From Deltaproteobacteria bacterium (lineage in GTDB: Bacteria; Myxococcota; JACRCW01): 49,691 nucleotides of DNA. Shown here piece after piece: positions 36,243 through 45,548 of the stretch; position 1 is the stretch's first letter; each line of letters starts with the position of its first letter. The stretch is taken from NCBI GenBank assembly GCA_016218805.1, contig JACRCW010000155.1, positions 1 to 49,691 of the forward strand. Direction: 5' to 3'. The position numbers and the translations under genes were made by a program. The notes under the pieces were generated by a model. The model saw only the letters and a list, made by a program, of their open reading frames with translations. It ran no database searches and had not been told where the DNA came from.

Positions 36243-36671
36243 GTGCATCGCGCGCACCGTTTCTTCGCCGTGGTTCTGCTGCTGGGCGGCTGCCCGTCAG
36301 CCGTGGAGAATGAGCCGCCCGTGGCGCGGCTGCGCACGCCGCAGTTGTGGGAGGCCACCCAGCCGGTGACACTGGACGCCACCGCGTCCACGGACGCGGA
36401 CGGGATTATTGCGCGGTACACGTACCTGTTTGGAGACGGGACGCCGGAGGAGATCCTGCCACACAGCTCCGTGCAGCACGTGTTCCCCGGCCCGGGCAAC
36501 TTTGAGGTGGAGGTCACCGTGGAGGATGACGACGGCGCCACCGGTTCCATCCGCCGTCACGTGGTGTTGGTGGATGTGCTGGCGCCGCCGTACTGCGCCG
36601 CGGATGCGGACTGCGGGGACGCGGGCGTCCATTGCGAGACCGACGCGGGCGTGTGTTTCGACGGGCCCTGA
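36243..36671 (+). CDS. PKD-domain lipoprotein
   Basis: Lipobox LGGC. NEPPVA, LDATASTDADG, YLFGDG, HVFPGPGNFEVEVTVEDDDG. C-terminal Cys repeat. Confidence 0.85.
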   Translation: MHRAHRFFAVVLLLGGCPSAVENEPPVARLRTPQLWEATQPVTLDATASTDADGIIARYTYLFGDGTPEEILPHSSVQHVFPGPGNFEVEVTVEDDDGATGSIRRHVVLVDVLAPPYCAADADCGDAGVHCETDAGVCFDGP

Positions 36672-36720
36672 AGCGTGGCGGACGCGGCGGAGTTGGTGTA
36701 GCTGCGCGCGGTGCAGTGAA

Positions 36721-38571
36721 TCACTTGCCCGCGTCAGGCGCGCCACCGTCCACGGCGGGCGGCGGAGCGGCGTCTGCGTAGGCCTGGACCTGCTGGGCCA
36801 GCACGTCCAGCGGCACCGCGCCATTCATCAGCACCGCGGCGTGGAACTTCTTACGGTCAAACGCGGCGCCCAGCTTGGCCTCCGCACCCTGCCGCAGGCT
36901 GTCCAACTCCAGCGCCCCCACCATGTAGCTGAGCGCCTGGCCGGGCCACATCACGTAGCGGTCCACTTCGTTGTCAACGTCAACCGGTCCCAGCACGGTG
37001 TGCTGCTTCAGGAACTCCGCGGCCTTGGCCCGGTCCCAGCCCTTGGCGTGCAGGCCGGTGTCCACCACCAGCCGCGCGGCGCGCCACGCGCGGAAGCCCA
37101 GGTAGCCGTAGCGGGACAACGGTGACGCGTACAGGCCAAGCTCGTCGCTGAGCTTCTCCGCGTATACCGCCCATCCCTCCGTGAAAGACGAGATGTCCAG
37201 GATCCTCCGGAAGGCCGGCAGTCCGTCCAACTCATGGGCCAGGCCCACCTGCACGTGGTGACCGGGGATGCCCTCGTGGAACGTGATCGCTTCGGAGGCA
37301 AACAGCGGGCGGGTCTCCGGCTTGAACAGGTTGGCCACAAACTCCGCCTTGCGCGTGCCCGCCAGGTCCGCTTCCTCGTAATAGGCCGCGGGGGCGCTGG
37401 GGGCGCGGGTGGCATCCATCTCCACGACGTCAACGTCCACCTTGGGGAGGCGCTCCAGTAACTCAGGCGCCTTGGCGCGCGCCTTGTCCAGGGCGGCCTT
37501 GTACGCGGCCAACAGCTCCGCCTTGTCCTTGGGGAAGTTCTTCTTGTCCTTGCGCAGCTTGTCGTTGAACTCAGTGAGCGGCCGGCCCTTCTTGTGCTTG
37601 AGGGACAGGGCCACCGTCATCATCTCGGCCTCAATCTTCTCCAGTTCCTTGAGCCCCATCTGGTGCACGTCGTCCGGGGTGAGCGCGCGCGTGGTGTGGT
37701 GCTCAATGAGCCAGGCGTAGATCGCCTCGCCGTTGGGCAGCGCCTTCAGCCCGGGATCGGCGCGCGCGCTGAGGACGTATTCACTCTCCAGGTACGCCTG
37801 CAGCTTGACGTAGGCGGGCAGCACCACGTCCTTCACCGCGGCCAGCAGGTCCGCCTCCAACCGCTTCTTGTCGTCGTCACTGATGCCGGCGGGCCACTCT
37901 TTCACCAGGAAGCTGCTTTGGTCCGGCTTCTCCGCGTTGAGCTCGCGCAGCTGGGCCACCACGCGGTCCACCACCACGGCCGGGGCGGGGAGCTGCTTCT
38001 GGAGCCCGGCGGCCAGCAACGCCACGTACGCATCCATCCACGGCCCGAACGCCTTGTACCGTGCGACCAGGTTCTCCAGGTCCTTCACCGTCCCGCGCGG
38101 GTGGTACTTGCGCACGACGAGGGCGAAGCCGCCCGCCTGCGGGCCGCCCAGCTGGTCCAGCGCGGCCCACCAGTGCATTCCCAGTTCGTCGGCCTTCACC
38201 TGGTCGCGCAGCGTGCGGATGAGCAGTTCGCGCGTGACCTTTTCTTCCGGCTTGAGCTTGGCGGCGTCCAGGCCTTCCGCGGTGCCGAGGAACTCGCGCG
38301 CGCGCGCGGTGGCCTTGCTGCGGCCGTCGTCGGTGACATCGGACAACTTGTCGTCGTGATCGTGGACGCCCAGGATGGTGGCGTACTCAGGGCGGTCCGC
38401 CAAGTAGGCCTTGTACGCAGCGTCCGCCACCTCCGCCAGTTTCACGGACGGTGATTTGGCGTTCTTATCCGCGCCCTGGTCATCCTTCTTCTGGCCGCCA
38501 GAACACGCGTAGAAAATGGCCGCCACCGCCACCACGCCCGCCAGCCCCGCCCGCATGGATGTTACGCGCAT
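36721..38571 (-). CDS. DUF885 family lipoprotein (putative metallopeptidase)
   Basis: Lipobox IFYAC. HEGIPGHHVQ, FTEGWAVYAE, RAARLVVDTGLH, EVDRY..WPGQALSY. Confidence 0.92.
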   Translation of the reverse strand: MRVTSMRAGLAGVVAVAAIFYACSGGQKKDDQGADKNAKSPSVKLAEVADAAYKAYLADRPEYATILGVHDHDDKLSDVTDDGRSKATARAREFLGTAEGLDAAKLKPEEKVTRELLIRTLRDQVKADELGMHWWAALDQLGGPQAGGFALVVRKYHPRGTVKDLENLVARYKAFGPWMDAYVALLAAGLQKQLPAPAVVVDRVVAQLRELNAEKPDQSSFLVKEWPAGISDDDKKRLEADLLAAVKDVVLPAYVKLQAYLESEYVLSARADPGLKALPNGEAIYAWLIEHHTTRALTPDDVHQMGLKELEKIEAEMMTVALSLKHKKGRPLTEFNDKLRKDKKNFPKDKAELLAAYKAALDKARAKAPELLERLPKVDVDVVEMDATRAPSAPAAYYEEADLAGTRKAEFVANLFKPETRPLFASEAITFHEGIPGHHVQVGLAHELDGLPAFRRILDISSFTEGWAVYAEKLSDELGLYASPLSRYGYLGFRAWRAARLVVDTGLHAKGWDRAKAAEFLKQHTVLGPVDVDNEVDRYVMWPGQALSYMVGALELDSLRQGAEAKLGAAFDRKKFHAAVLMNGAVPLDVLAQQVQAYADAAPPPAVDGGAPDAGK

Positions 38572-38691
38572 GTCGCCAAGCCTCCCCGGGCGCACCGTCA
38601 TCGCCGTGGGGCGGTGGGTAGCAGACCGCTCCGCCTGCGGGGAAGCGGCCGGGCGTGGCGGGTTGTGCGCGGTTCCGCTACACCGCGCGCC

Positions 38692-38967
38692 ATGCCGATT
38701 GACCAACCTGAGGACGTGGCCGCACTCACCGCGTACCTGGCGGCTCTCCCCGCGCAGAAGCTGATCCTCCGCCGCATCCACGAACTGCGCCCGACGACGA
38801 CGGGACGGCGCGTGGAGGTGGGTGTGGTGTGTCAGGTGGAAGTGGTCAGCGTGGTGGACCACCAGCGGGTCAGCCGCGTCTTTTGTGGCGTGACGCAGCC
38901 CGTCGCGGTGGCACAGGCCCGCGCCGCGGGGCATGACGTCATTGAACGCAATGCCAACCACACCTGA
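38692..38967 (+). CDS. Small hypothetical protein (91 aa)
   Basis: Fills the gap between DUF885 and DUF4846. GC3-biased codons. 9-nt gap to the next ATG. Confidence 0.65.
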   Translation: MPIDQPEDVAALTAYLAALPAQKLILRRIHELRPTTTGRRVEVGVVCQVEVVSVVDHQRVSRVFCGVTQPVAVAQARAAGHDVIERNANHT

Positions 38968-38976
38968 GGCGGCCGC

Positions 38977-39807
38977 ATGACCCCCGCCGCGTGTGTTTTA
39001 ACGTCGTGGATGGCGCTGGCCGGACCGCCGTGGCCGCACGCGGAGCCGGTGGTGCGCACGGTGGGGGACCTGGCAGTCCCGCCGGGGTTTGCGCGCGTTC
39101 CCGTCAAGGAAGGCAGCTACGCCGCGTGGCTGCGGCGGTTGCCCCTGAAGGACGGCAACCCGCCGGTGCGCCTGCATGACGGGACGGAGAAGCCGTGGCA
39201 GGACGGGCACGCCGCGGTGGTGGACCTGGACGTGGGGAAGGGTGACCTGCAGCAGTGCGCGGACGCGGCCATCCGGCTGCGCGCGGAGTACCTGCGGGAC
39301 GCGCGCCGGGAGGACGCGCTGTGTTTCCATTACACGTCAGGGGACGCAGTGCCCTGGTCCCGCTGGCGCGCGGGCGAACGGCCGCGCGTGAAGGGCCGGA
39401 AGGTGGGTTGGGAGGCCACCGCACGTCGTGACGCGGGCTATGCCAGCTTCCGTGCGTGGCTGGCCAACGTGTTCACCTACGCGGGCACCCTCAGCGTGGC
39501 GGCGGAGACCGCCGCGGTGGGTGATGTGAAGGCGGTGCGCGCCGGGGACGTGTTTGTGATGGGCGGGAGCCCCGGTCATGCGGTGACCATTGCGGACGTG
39601 GCGCGCGCAGCGGACGGGCGCGTGGCGTTCCTGGTGTTGCAGAGCCACATGCCCGCGCAGGAGGTCCACGTTGTCAGCCGGCCCGGTAGTGACCTGGCGC
39701 CCTGGTACACGGATGACTTTGGCGCGGAGCTGGCCCTGCCCGAGTGGACCTTCACGCGCGGCAGTCTGCGGCGCTGGCCGGATAACGCGTGCGCGCGCAC
39801 GCGCTGA
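38977..39807 (+). CDS. DUF4846 domain protein
   Basis: PPGFARV, WLRRLPLK, DLQQCADAAIRLRAEYL, YAGTLS, GSPGHA, QSHMPAQEVH. Confidence 0.9.
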   Translation: MTPAACVLTSWMALAGPPWPHAEPVVRTVGDLAVPPGFARVPVKEGSYAAWLRRLPLKDGNPPVRLHDGTEKPWQDGHAAVVDLDVGKGDLQQCADAAIRLRAEYLRDARREDALCFHYTSGDAVPWSRWRAGERPRVKGRKVGWEATARRDAGYASFRAWLANVFTYAGTLSVAAETAAVGDVKAVRAGDVFVMGGSPGHAVTIADVARAADGRVAFLVLQSHMPAQEVHVVSRPGSDLAPWYTDDFGAELALPEWTFTRGSLRRWPDNACARTR

Positions 39808-39811
39808 AGGC

Positions 39812-40210
39812 CTAGGGCACGTCGAGGTGGAACGTGGCGCTGTCCTGGGAGGCCGCGCGTGACGCGCTGCAGGTGAGGTCCCACGCGCCCGCCATGGTGA
39901 AGGACACGTTGCCCACGGTGTAGCGGCCGTTTCCCGCGGCGGACACGGTGATGGGCGTGCCGCTGCCGTGGCCGTGCGCCGGCATCAGCGCATCCACGGT
40001 GACCGTGGCCCCGTCCACGGGTGATCCGGATGCGGTCAGCTCCAGGGTGAACGTGTTGCTTCCTTGCTGCGGCACGTCCGCGGACGTGAGGTGGAAGGCG
40101 TACAGGCCGTGGTCGCCCGTCTTTGTCTCGTCAAAACCCGCGGTGGATCCATCCCCGCCGTCGGTGCATGCCGCCAGGACGGCCATCAGCATCCATCGGA
40201 TCGTTCGCAT
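39812..40210 (-). CDS. YtkA/FixH-like lipoprotein
   Basis: Lipobox LAAC. GxNxFxL, MPAHGHG, GRY, FTMAGAW. Confidence 0.85.
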   Translation of the reverse strand: MRTIRWMLMAVLAACTDGGDGSTAGFDETKTGDHGLYAFHLTSADVPQQGSNTFTLELTASGSPVDGATVTVDALMPAHGHGSGTPITVSAAGNGRYTVGNVSFTMAGAWDLTCSASRAASQDSATFHLDVP

Positions 40211-40211
40211 G

Positions 40212-41159
40212 TCACTCCCACGCGCCGACAATGCAGCGCAGCCCACCGGTCACCGCGGCGGTCAGCTCGTCATTGCGGCCGGTCCGGTCATACGGGAGGT
40301 CCGCCTGCGCCGTCACCACCAGGTTCCACCGCTCCCCGAACTCCCACGACGCCACGCCGAACAGCGCGGCCTTGGACCGGTCCGCACCCGGCGCCAGGCG
40401 CCCGTTGATGAGCGGCGCGCCCTCGCGCTGGTAGTGCAGGCCCGCCGCCAGTGACAGCGTGCGCCGCAACGTGGGACCGCCCGCCGCAAACACCTGCAAC
40501 TGCGGTGCGTGCTCCACGCGGAAACCACCCGCGTTGGCGGCGGGCTGGCTCAAGCCCACCGTTCCTCCCGCCGCCCAGAAGAAGTCCTCTCCCAGCGCGT
40601 GTTCCAGCGCGACGCCCACGCGCAGTGACGCCAGCCCCGTGCCGGTGACGTCCGCGCCCGCGGGATCACGGCCCGCCCACGGCGCGCGCCCGGTGGGCAG
40701 CGTGAGGGACGCGGTGAGTGCAAAGCCCGGGACCCAACCGGACCCGCCGGAGGGCACCAGTTCGTAACGCCCGAACGCGCGTACGTCACCGATGCCCGTG
40801 CCCACCGCGCGCTTGCGCGGCAGGCCGCGCACCTGGGTCACGCCGCGGAACGCCAGGCCCGCCTGCAGCCCTCGCCACAGGCGCACCATTCCGCTCAGTT
40901 CCGGCCGTCCCTCCAAGGAGACGCTGCGCGCGCGCACAAACCGGCCGTCCGCGTTCATGCTGCCGTACGGCACCGTGCCGGACGCCTGCATGGTCACCGC
41001 GGCGCGCTCCGCCGGCGCCAGCCGCCCGCCCACGCCGTAGCCCGTTCCGCAGCACGCCGCGGCACGTGCGGTCCCAACGCCCGAGCACACGGCCAGGACC
41101 ACCCAACTGACGTGGAGAAGCCCGGAGCGCCACACGGAGGCTGAGCCAGCACGGACCAT
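40212..41159 (-). CDS. Putative outer-membrane beta-barrel transporter with N-terminal Cys-Cys
   Basis: Signal peptide then AACCG. GIGDVR and LTLPTG motifs typical of MetA/SphA-like channels. Amphipathic strands. Start uncertain. Confidence 0.7.
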   Translation of the reverse strand: MVRAGSASVWRSGLLHVSWVVLAVCSGVGTARAAACCGTGYGVGGRLAPAERAAVTMQASGTVPYGSMNADGRFVRARSVSLEGRPELSGMVRLWRGLQAGLAFRGVTQVRGLPRKRAVGTGIGDVRAFGRYELVPSGGSGWVPGFALTASLTLPTGRAPWAGRDPAGADVTGTGLASLRVGVALEHALGEDFFWAAGGTVGLSQPAANAGGFRVEHAPQLQVFAAGGPTLRRTLSLAAGLHYQREGAPLINGRLAPGADRSKAALFGVASWEFGERWNLVVTAQADLPYDRTGRNDELTAAVTGGLRCIVGAWE

Positions 41160-41261
41160 GCCCGTCACGCGGTGCGCGTGTGACGGTATGGACTGCAGTG
41201 CATGCGCTCCCATGTATACCCGCGGCGACGGGACGCCACCCGCGGTGCACACCGCAGCACC

Positions 41262-42338
41262 TCAGCCCAGGGCGACGGCGCGCTCGAAGTCCGCGGAGTT
41301 GGTGGCGGCCTCGGTGGCGGCCTCCATGGTGACCGCGCCCTGTTGCAGCAGCCAGGAGAGGTGCTGGTCAAAGCTCTGCGTCCCGTACACGTCGTGGCCC
41401 TTCTCCAGCAGGTCCTTGATCTCGCTGATGCGGTCGGCGTCGCGGATGCACTCCTGCACGGAGAGCGTATTGATGAGAATCTCCGCGGCCACCACGCGCC
41501 CCCGGCCGTCCGCGCGCGGCAGCAGCCGCTGGCTCATGGTGGCCTTGAGCGTTTCAGACAGGCGGTTGCGCACGCCCGGCTGCGCGTCGGACGGGTAGGC
41601 GCCCACAATGCGCCCAATGGTCCGGGACGCGTCGATGGTATGCGCAGTGGACAGCACCAGGTGCCCGGTCTCCGCGGCCTTGAGCGCAATATCGATGGTC
41701 TCCAGGTCCCGCATCTCTCCGACGAGGATCACGTCCGGGTCCTGCCGCAGCGCGCTGCGCTGGGCGCTGGCAAATCTATGTGTGTCCGGCCCGATCTCAC
41801 GCTGAGTCACCCGCGCGAAGTTGTCCTGGTGGATGTACTCCACGGGATCTTCAATGGTGAGGATGTGCCGGCGCGTGGTCTGGTTCATGTGGTTCACAAA
41901 CGCGGCCAGCGTGCTGGTCTTGCCTGAGCCGGTGACGCCGGTGACCAGGATGAGGCCGCGGTCCTCTTCGGCGATCTTCTTGACCACGGCGGGCAGGCCC
42001 AGCTGGTCAAACGTGGGCACGTTGGCCGGGATGGCACGCATGATCACGGCCAGGTGGCCCATCTGGCGGAACACCGACGCGCGGAAGCGCCCCACGTTCT
42101 CCAGCGGGTAACTGGTGTCCACCTCCTGGAGCTTCTGCGCGTCACCCTGCCAGCGCGCCGCCGTCAGGATGTGGCGCGCAATGGCCATGGTGTCCTCAGG
42201 GCGCAGCGCGGGCACGCGGACCGGGCGGAGTTCCCCGTTGACGCGCACCGCCGGCGTCACGCCGGCCTTGAAGTGGATGTCCGACGCGCCGCTGTTCACC
42301 GCCGCGCCCAGGAACTGATTGAACGTAGCCAGGTCCAT
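41262..42338 (-). CDS. pilT: Type IV pilus retraction ATPase, PilT/PilU family paralogue
   Basis: ASDIH, GVTGSGKT, TIEDPVE, LRQDPDVILVGEMRD, AAETGHLVLSTAHT, G(T)QSFDQ. Confidence 0.9.
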   Translation of the reverse strand: MDLATFNQFLGAAVNSGASDIHFKAGVTPAVRVNGELRPVRVPALRPEDTMAIARHILTAARWQGDAQKLQEVDTSYPLENVGRFRASVFRQMGHLAVIMRAIPANVPTFDQLGLPAVVKKIAEEDRGLILVTGVTGSGKTSTLAAFVNHMNQTTRRHILTIEDPVEYIHQDNFARVTQREIGPDTHRFASAQRSALRQDPDVILVGEMRDLETIDIALKAAETGHLVLSTAHTIDASRTIGRIVGAYPSDAQPGVRNRLSETLKATMSQRLLPRADGRGRVVAAEILINTLSVQECIRDADRISEIKDLLEKGHDVYGTQSFDQHLSWLLQQGAVTMEAATEAATNSADFERAVALG

Positions 42339-42366
42339 GCCGTGCCCTCCCGCAAAACAAGACGTG

Positions 42367-42834
42367 TCAGCGAATCGCCGCCTGGTTGGCGCGCCGCAAC
42401 CGCTCCGACAGCGTGCGGCAGAACGCGCGGTACACCTTCACCTGCAACGCCAGGTCCGACGTCATCAGCGCCTCGAATTCGCGCCGTGGCAGCACCAGCA
42501 GCTCCGCGTCCTCCACCACCTCCACCCGCGCGCTGGTCAGCAGCTCGTCCACCAGGCTCATCTCACCCAGCAGCTCCCCGGCCCCCACGCGGTTGACCTC
42601 CTTGCCATCCGCCAGCACGCGCAGGCTGCCCGACTTCACGATGTACAGCGCCCCGCCCAGTTCGTTCTCCTGGATGACCACGTCACCCTTGGCGCGCTTT
42701 TCCGTCCGCGCCACGGCGAACAGCCGGCGCGTCTCATCAAACGTCAGCGTCTTGAACAACGGGAGCTTCTGCAGAAGCTCCACGCCCTCAAAGCCCTCAA
42801 AGCCGGGCATGGACAGCGGTGCGGAGGTGGCCAT
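42367..42834 (-). CDS. Stand-alone cyclic-nucleotide-binding domain protein
   Basis: LFKTL, LYIVKSG, GELLGEMSL, SARVEV. No HTH domain. Confidence 0.88.
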   Translation of the reverse strand: MATSAPLSMPGFEGFEGVELLQKLPLFKTLTFDETRRLFAVARTEKRAKGDVVIQENELGGALYIVKSGSLRVLADGKEVNRVGAGELLGEMSLVDELLTSARVEVVEDAELLVLPRREFEALMTSDLALQVKVYRAFCRTLSERLRRANQAAIR

Positions 42835-42842
42835 GACCCGTG

Positions 42843-42918
42843 ACCCTAGCAGGACCGCGCCCCGGGAAGTCCAACGGCCCCCGCGGAGGTGACCCGGCCG
42901 CGTCGCCACCGCTAGGGT
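42843..42918. promoter_or_regulatory. Divergent -10 boxes sharing GCTAGGGT
   Basis: TAGGGT on the minus strand (42843-42848, 8 nt before ATG 42834) and on the plus strand (42913-42918, upstream of the FKBP RBS). Confidence 0.4.
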
Positions 42919-42943
42919 GCGCCCACACCCCAAGGAGCATCCC

Positions 42944-43270
42944 ATGGCGGACCTGAAGATCGAGGAACTCAAGGCGGGCACAGGCCCCGAGGCCAAGGCG
43001 GGCAAGCCCGTCAGCGTGCACTACGTCGGCACGCTCACCAACGGCAGCAAGTTTGACAGCAGCCGTGACCGCGGCGAGCCGTTTGCGTTCCGGCTAGGCG
43101 CCGGCGAGGTGATCAAGGGGTGGGACCAGGGCGTGGCCGGGATGAAGGTGGGCGGCATGCGCAAGCTGACCGTCCCGCCGGAGCTGGCCTACGGCGCGCG
43201 CGGCTTCCCCCCCGTCATCCCGCCCCACTCCACGCTGGTATTTGAAGTGGAACTGCTCAACGTTGGCTGA
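42944..43270 (+). CDS. FKBP-type peptidyl-prolyl cis-trans isomerase
   Basis: VHYVGTL, FDSS, VIKGWDQGV, LAYG, IPP.STLVFEVELL. AAGGAG RBS. Confidence 0.97.
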   Translation: MADLKIEELKAGTGPEAKAGKPVSVHYVGTLTNGSKFDSSRDRGEPFAFRLGAGEVIKGWDQGVAGMKVGGMRKLTVPPELAYGARGFPPVIPPHSTLVFEVELLNVG

Positions 43271-43312
43271 CGTTGTGCCTCCCGCGCGCCGCGCGCTACA
43301 GACCGGGCCGCC

Positions 43313-44689
43313 ATGAAGCTGTGCACGACGCTGTACGGTGAGACCTTCAGCTTCCGCGACGTGCGGGACGTGCTGGGCCGTGCCAATGAGCCGCGCTCCG
43401 GTGACGTGCAGGCCGGGCTGGCACCCCGCTCCATGCGCGAGATGGCGGCGGCCAAGTGGGTGGTGGCGCACCTCACCGTGAAAGACCTGCGCGAACACCC
43501 CGCCATCCCCTACGACAAGGACGAGGTCACGCGCGTGGTTGAGGACGGGCTGGATGAGGCCGCGTTCCGCCGCGTGGCCGGCTGGACCATGGCCGAGCTG
43601 CGCGAGTGGATCCTGGATCCGGACACCACCGGCAGTGACATGGGCGAGGTGTCACCCGGCCTCACGCCGGAGGTTGCCGCCGCGGTGGCCAAGCTGATGA
43701 CCAACATGGACCTGGTCATGGCCGGGCGTAAGCACCGTGTCGTCGTGAAATGCAACAACACGCTGGGCATGGAAGGGCGCGTCTCATCCCGCCTGCAGCC
43801 CAACCACCCGCGGGACGACCTGGACGGCGTGCTGGCCGCGGTGAAGGAAGGGCTCAGCTACGGCAATGGTGACGCCGTCATTGGGGTGAACCCGTCCACG
43901 GGCTCCGTGCAGAACACCGCGGACATCCTCAAGGGCGTGAAGGACTTCATGCGCCGCTGGCGTGTGCCCACGCAGAACTGCGTGCTCAGTCACCTGGCCG
44001 TGCAGATGAAGGCGCTGGAGCAGGGCGCGCCGTTGGACCTGATGTTCCAGTCCATTGCCGGCAGCGAGGGCGCCAACCGCAACTTTGGTATCAGCGTGAA
44101 GATGCTGGACGAGGCGCATGACATGGCGCTGCGCGAAGGCACCGCGCAGGGGCCAAACGTCATGTACTTTGAGACGGGGCAGGGCACCGCGCTCAGCGCC
44201 AACGCGCACCACGGCACGGACCAGCTCACCATGGAGGCGCGCGCGCACGGCCTGGCCCGGCGCTACCAGCCATTCCTGCTCAACTCCGTCGTCGGGTTCA
44301 TTGGTCCCGAGTACCTGAAGGACGGCAAGGAAATCACCCGCGCGGGCCTGGAGGACCACTTTGTGGGCAAGCTGTTGGGCATCCCCATGGGGTGCGACGC
44401 CTGCTACACCAACCACGCCACGGCGGACCAGAACGACCAGGAGAACCTGGAGATGCTGCTGGGCCTGGCCGGCGTGAACTACCTGATGGGCATCCCCATG
44501 GGTGACGACGTCATGCTGAACTACCAGACCACGTCATTCCACAACAATGCGGCGCTGCGCGAACTGCTGGGCACGCGCCCCGCGCCGGAGTTTGAAGCGT
44601 GGATGGAGGAGATGGGCCTGTGGCGCAACGGCCGCCTCACCGCGCGCGCGGGTGACCCGTCCATCTTCACCAAGCGGGGGGCTGCGTAA
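43313..44689 (+). CDS. eutB: Ethanolamine ammonia-lyase large subunit
   Basis: RSGD, RLQPNHP.DD, YGxGDAVIGVNP, MYFETGQG, NSVVGFIGPEYL, RAGLEDHF, DACYTNH. Confidence 0.97.
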   Translation: MKLCTTLYGETFSFRDVRDVLGRANEPRSGDVQAGLAPRSMREMAAAKWVVAHLTVKDLREHPAIPYDKDEVTRVVEDGLDEAAFRRVAGWTMAELREWILDPDTTGSDMGEVSPGLTPEVAAAVAKLMTNMDLVMAGRKHRVVVKCNNTLGMEGRVSSRLQPNHPRDDLDGVLAAVKEGLSYGNGDAVIGVNPSTGSVQNTADILKGVKDFMRRWRVPTQNCVLSHLAVQMKALEQGAPLDLMFQSIAGSEGANRNFGISVKMLDEAHDMALREGTAQGPNVMYFETGQGTALSANAHHGTDQLTMEARAHGLARRYQPFLLNSVVGFIGPEYLKDGKEITRAGLEDHFVGKLLGIPMGCDACYTNHATADQNDQENLEMLLGLAGVNYLMGIPMGDDVMLNYQTTSFHNNAALRELLGTRPAPEFEAWMEEMGLWRNGRLTARAGDPSIFTKRGAA

Positions 44690-45547
44690 ATGGACCGGGA
44701 TCAGGTGGCCGCCGCCGTCCGCGAAGTGCTTCGCGAGCTGCTGCAGCAGGAGCCGCCGCGCCAGGCCGGCGGTCCCATGCCCACCGCGCCCGACGGGATG
44801 CTGGTGCGCGCGCGCCACAAGCCGCAGCAGTCACCGTTTGATCCCACGGAGCTGCAGCGCATCAAGGACGCCACGCCCGCGCGGCTGGCCAAGGGACGCA
44901 CCGGCACGCGTTTCCTCACCGAGGTGTCCATCCACCTGCGCGCGGAGCACGCCATCGCCCTGGACGCGGTGCACAGCGCCGTACCGGAGGACTTTGCCGC
45001 GCAGCACGGGTGCATTCCGCTGCAGACCCGTTGCACAACCCACGACGAGTACCTGCTCTACCCGGACCACGGCCGCCGCCTGGACGATGCGAGCCGCACG
45101 CGCCTGGAGAAGGAGGGCACGCGTGGCGCGGACGTGCAGGTCATCCTGGGTGACGGGCTGTCCGCGTGGGCCGCGCTGGAGCAGGGACCGGAACTTGTCC
45201 CCGCGCTGCAACGCGGCCTGGAGGCAGCGGGCTACAAGACGGGCATGCCGTTGTTCGTCCGGTACGCGCGCATTGGCGTGGCGGATGAGATTGGCGTGCT
45301 GCTGGGCTGCAAGGCCACGGCCATCCTCGTCGGGGAACGGCCGGGGCTGGGCACGGGGGACTCGCTGAGCATCTACACGGCGCATGGGCCCAAGCTGGGC
45401 CAGGACAATGCGGAGAAGGACTGCATCTCCAACGTGCGGCCGCTGGGGTTCCCGCCGGAGGAGGCCGCGCGCGAATGCGTGTTGCTGCTCAAGCGCACCT
45501 TTGCGGCTGGCGGGGGCGGCATCCACCTGACGCAGAGCGGGACGTGA
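44690..45547 (+). CDS. eutC: Ethanolamine ammonia-lyase small subunit
   Basis: TPARL..GRTG, HAIALDAV, YL..PDHGR, GDGLS, GERPGL, NCISN-like DCISN. Confidence 0.95.
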   Translation: MDRDQVAAAVREVLRELLQQEPPRQAGGPMPTAPDGMLVRARHKPQQSPFDPTELQRIKDATPARLAKGRTGTRFLTEVSIHLRAEHAIALDAVHSAVPEDFAAQHGCIPLQTRCTTHDEYLLYPDHGRRLDDASRTRLEKEGTRGADVQVILGDGLSAWAALEQGPELVPALQRGLEAAGYKTGMPLFVRYARIGVADEIGVLLGCKATAILVGERPGLGTGDSLSIYTAHGPKLGQDNAEKDCISNVRPLGFPPEEAARECVLLLKRTFAAGGGGIHLTQSGT

Positions 45548-45548
45548 C

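Noticed and set aside
38572..38961. Extended start of DUF885
   Set aside because: It overlaps the opposite-strand small gene. The lipoprotein signal starts at 38571.
41160..41261. CsoR operator or riboswitch upstream of the beta-barrel gene
   Set aside because: Only a half-site (ATACCC) and generic GC hairpins are present, with no riboswitch consensus.
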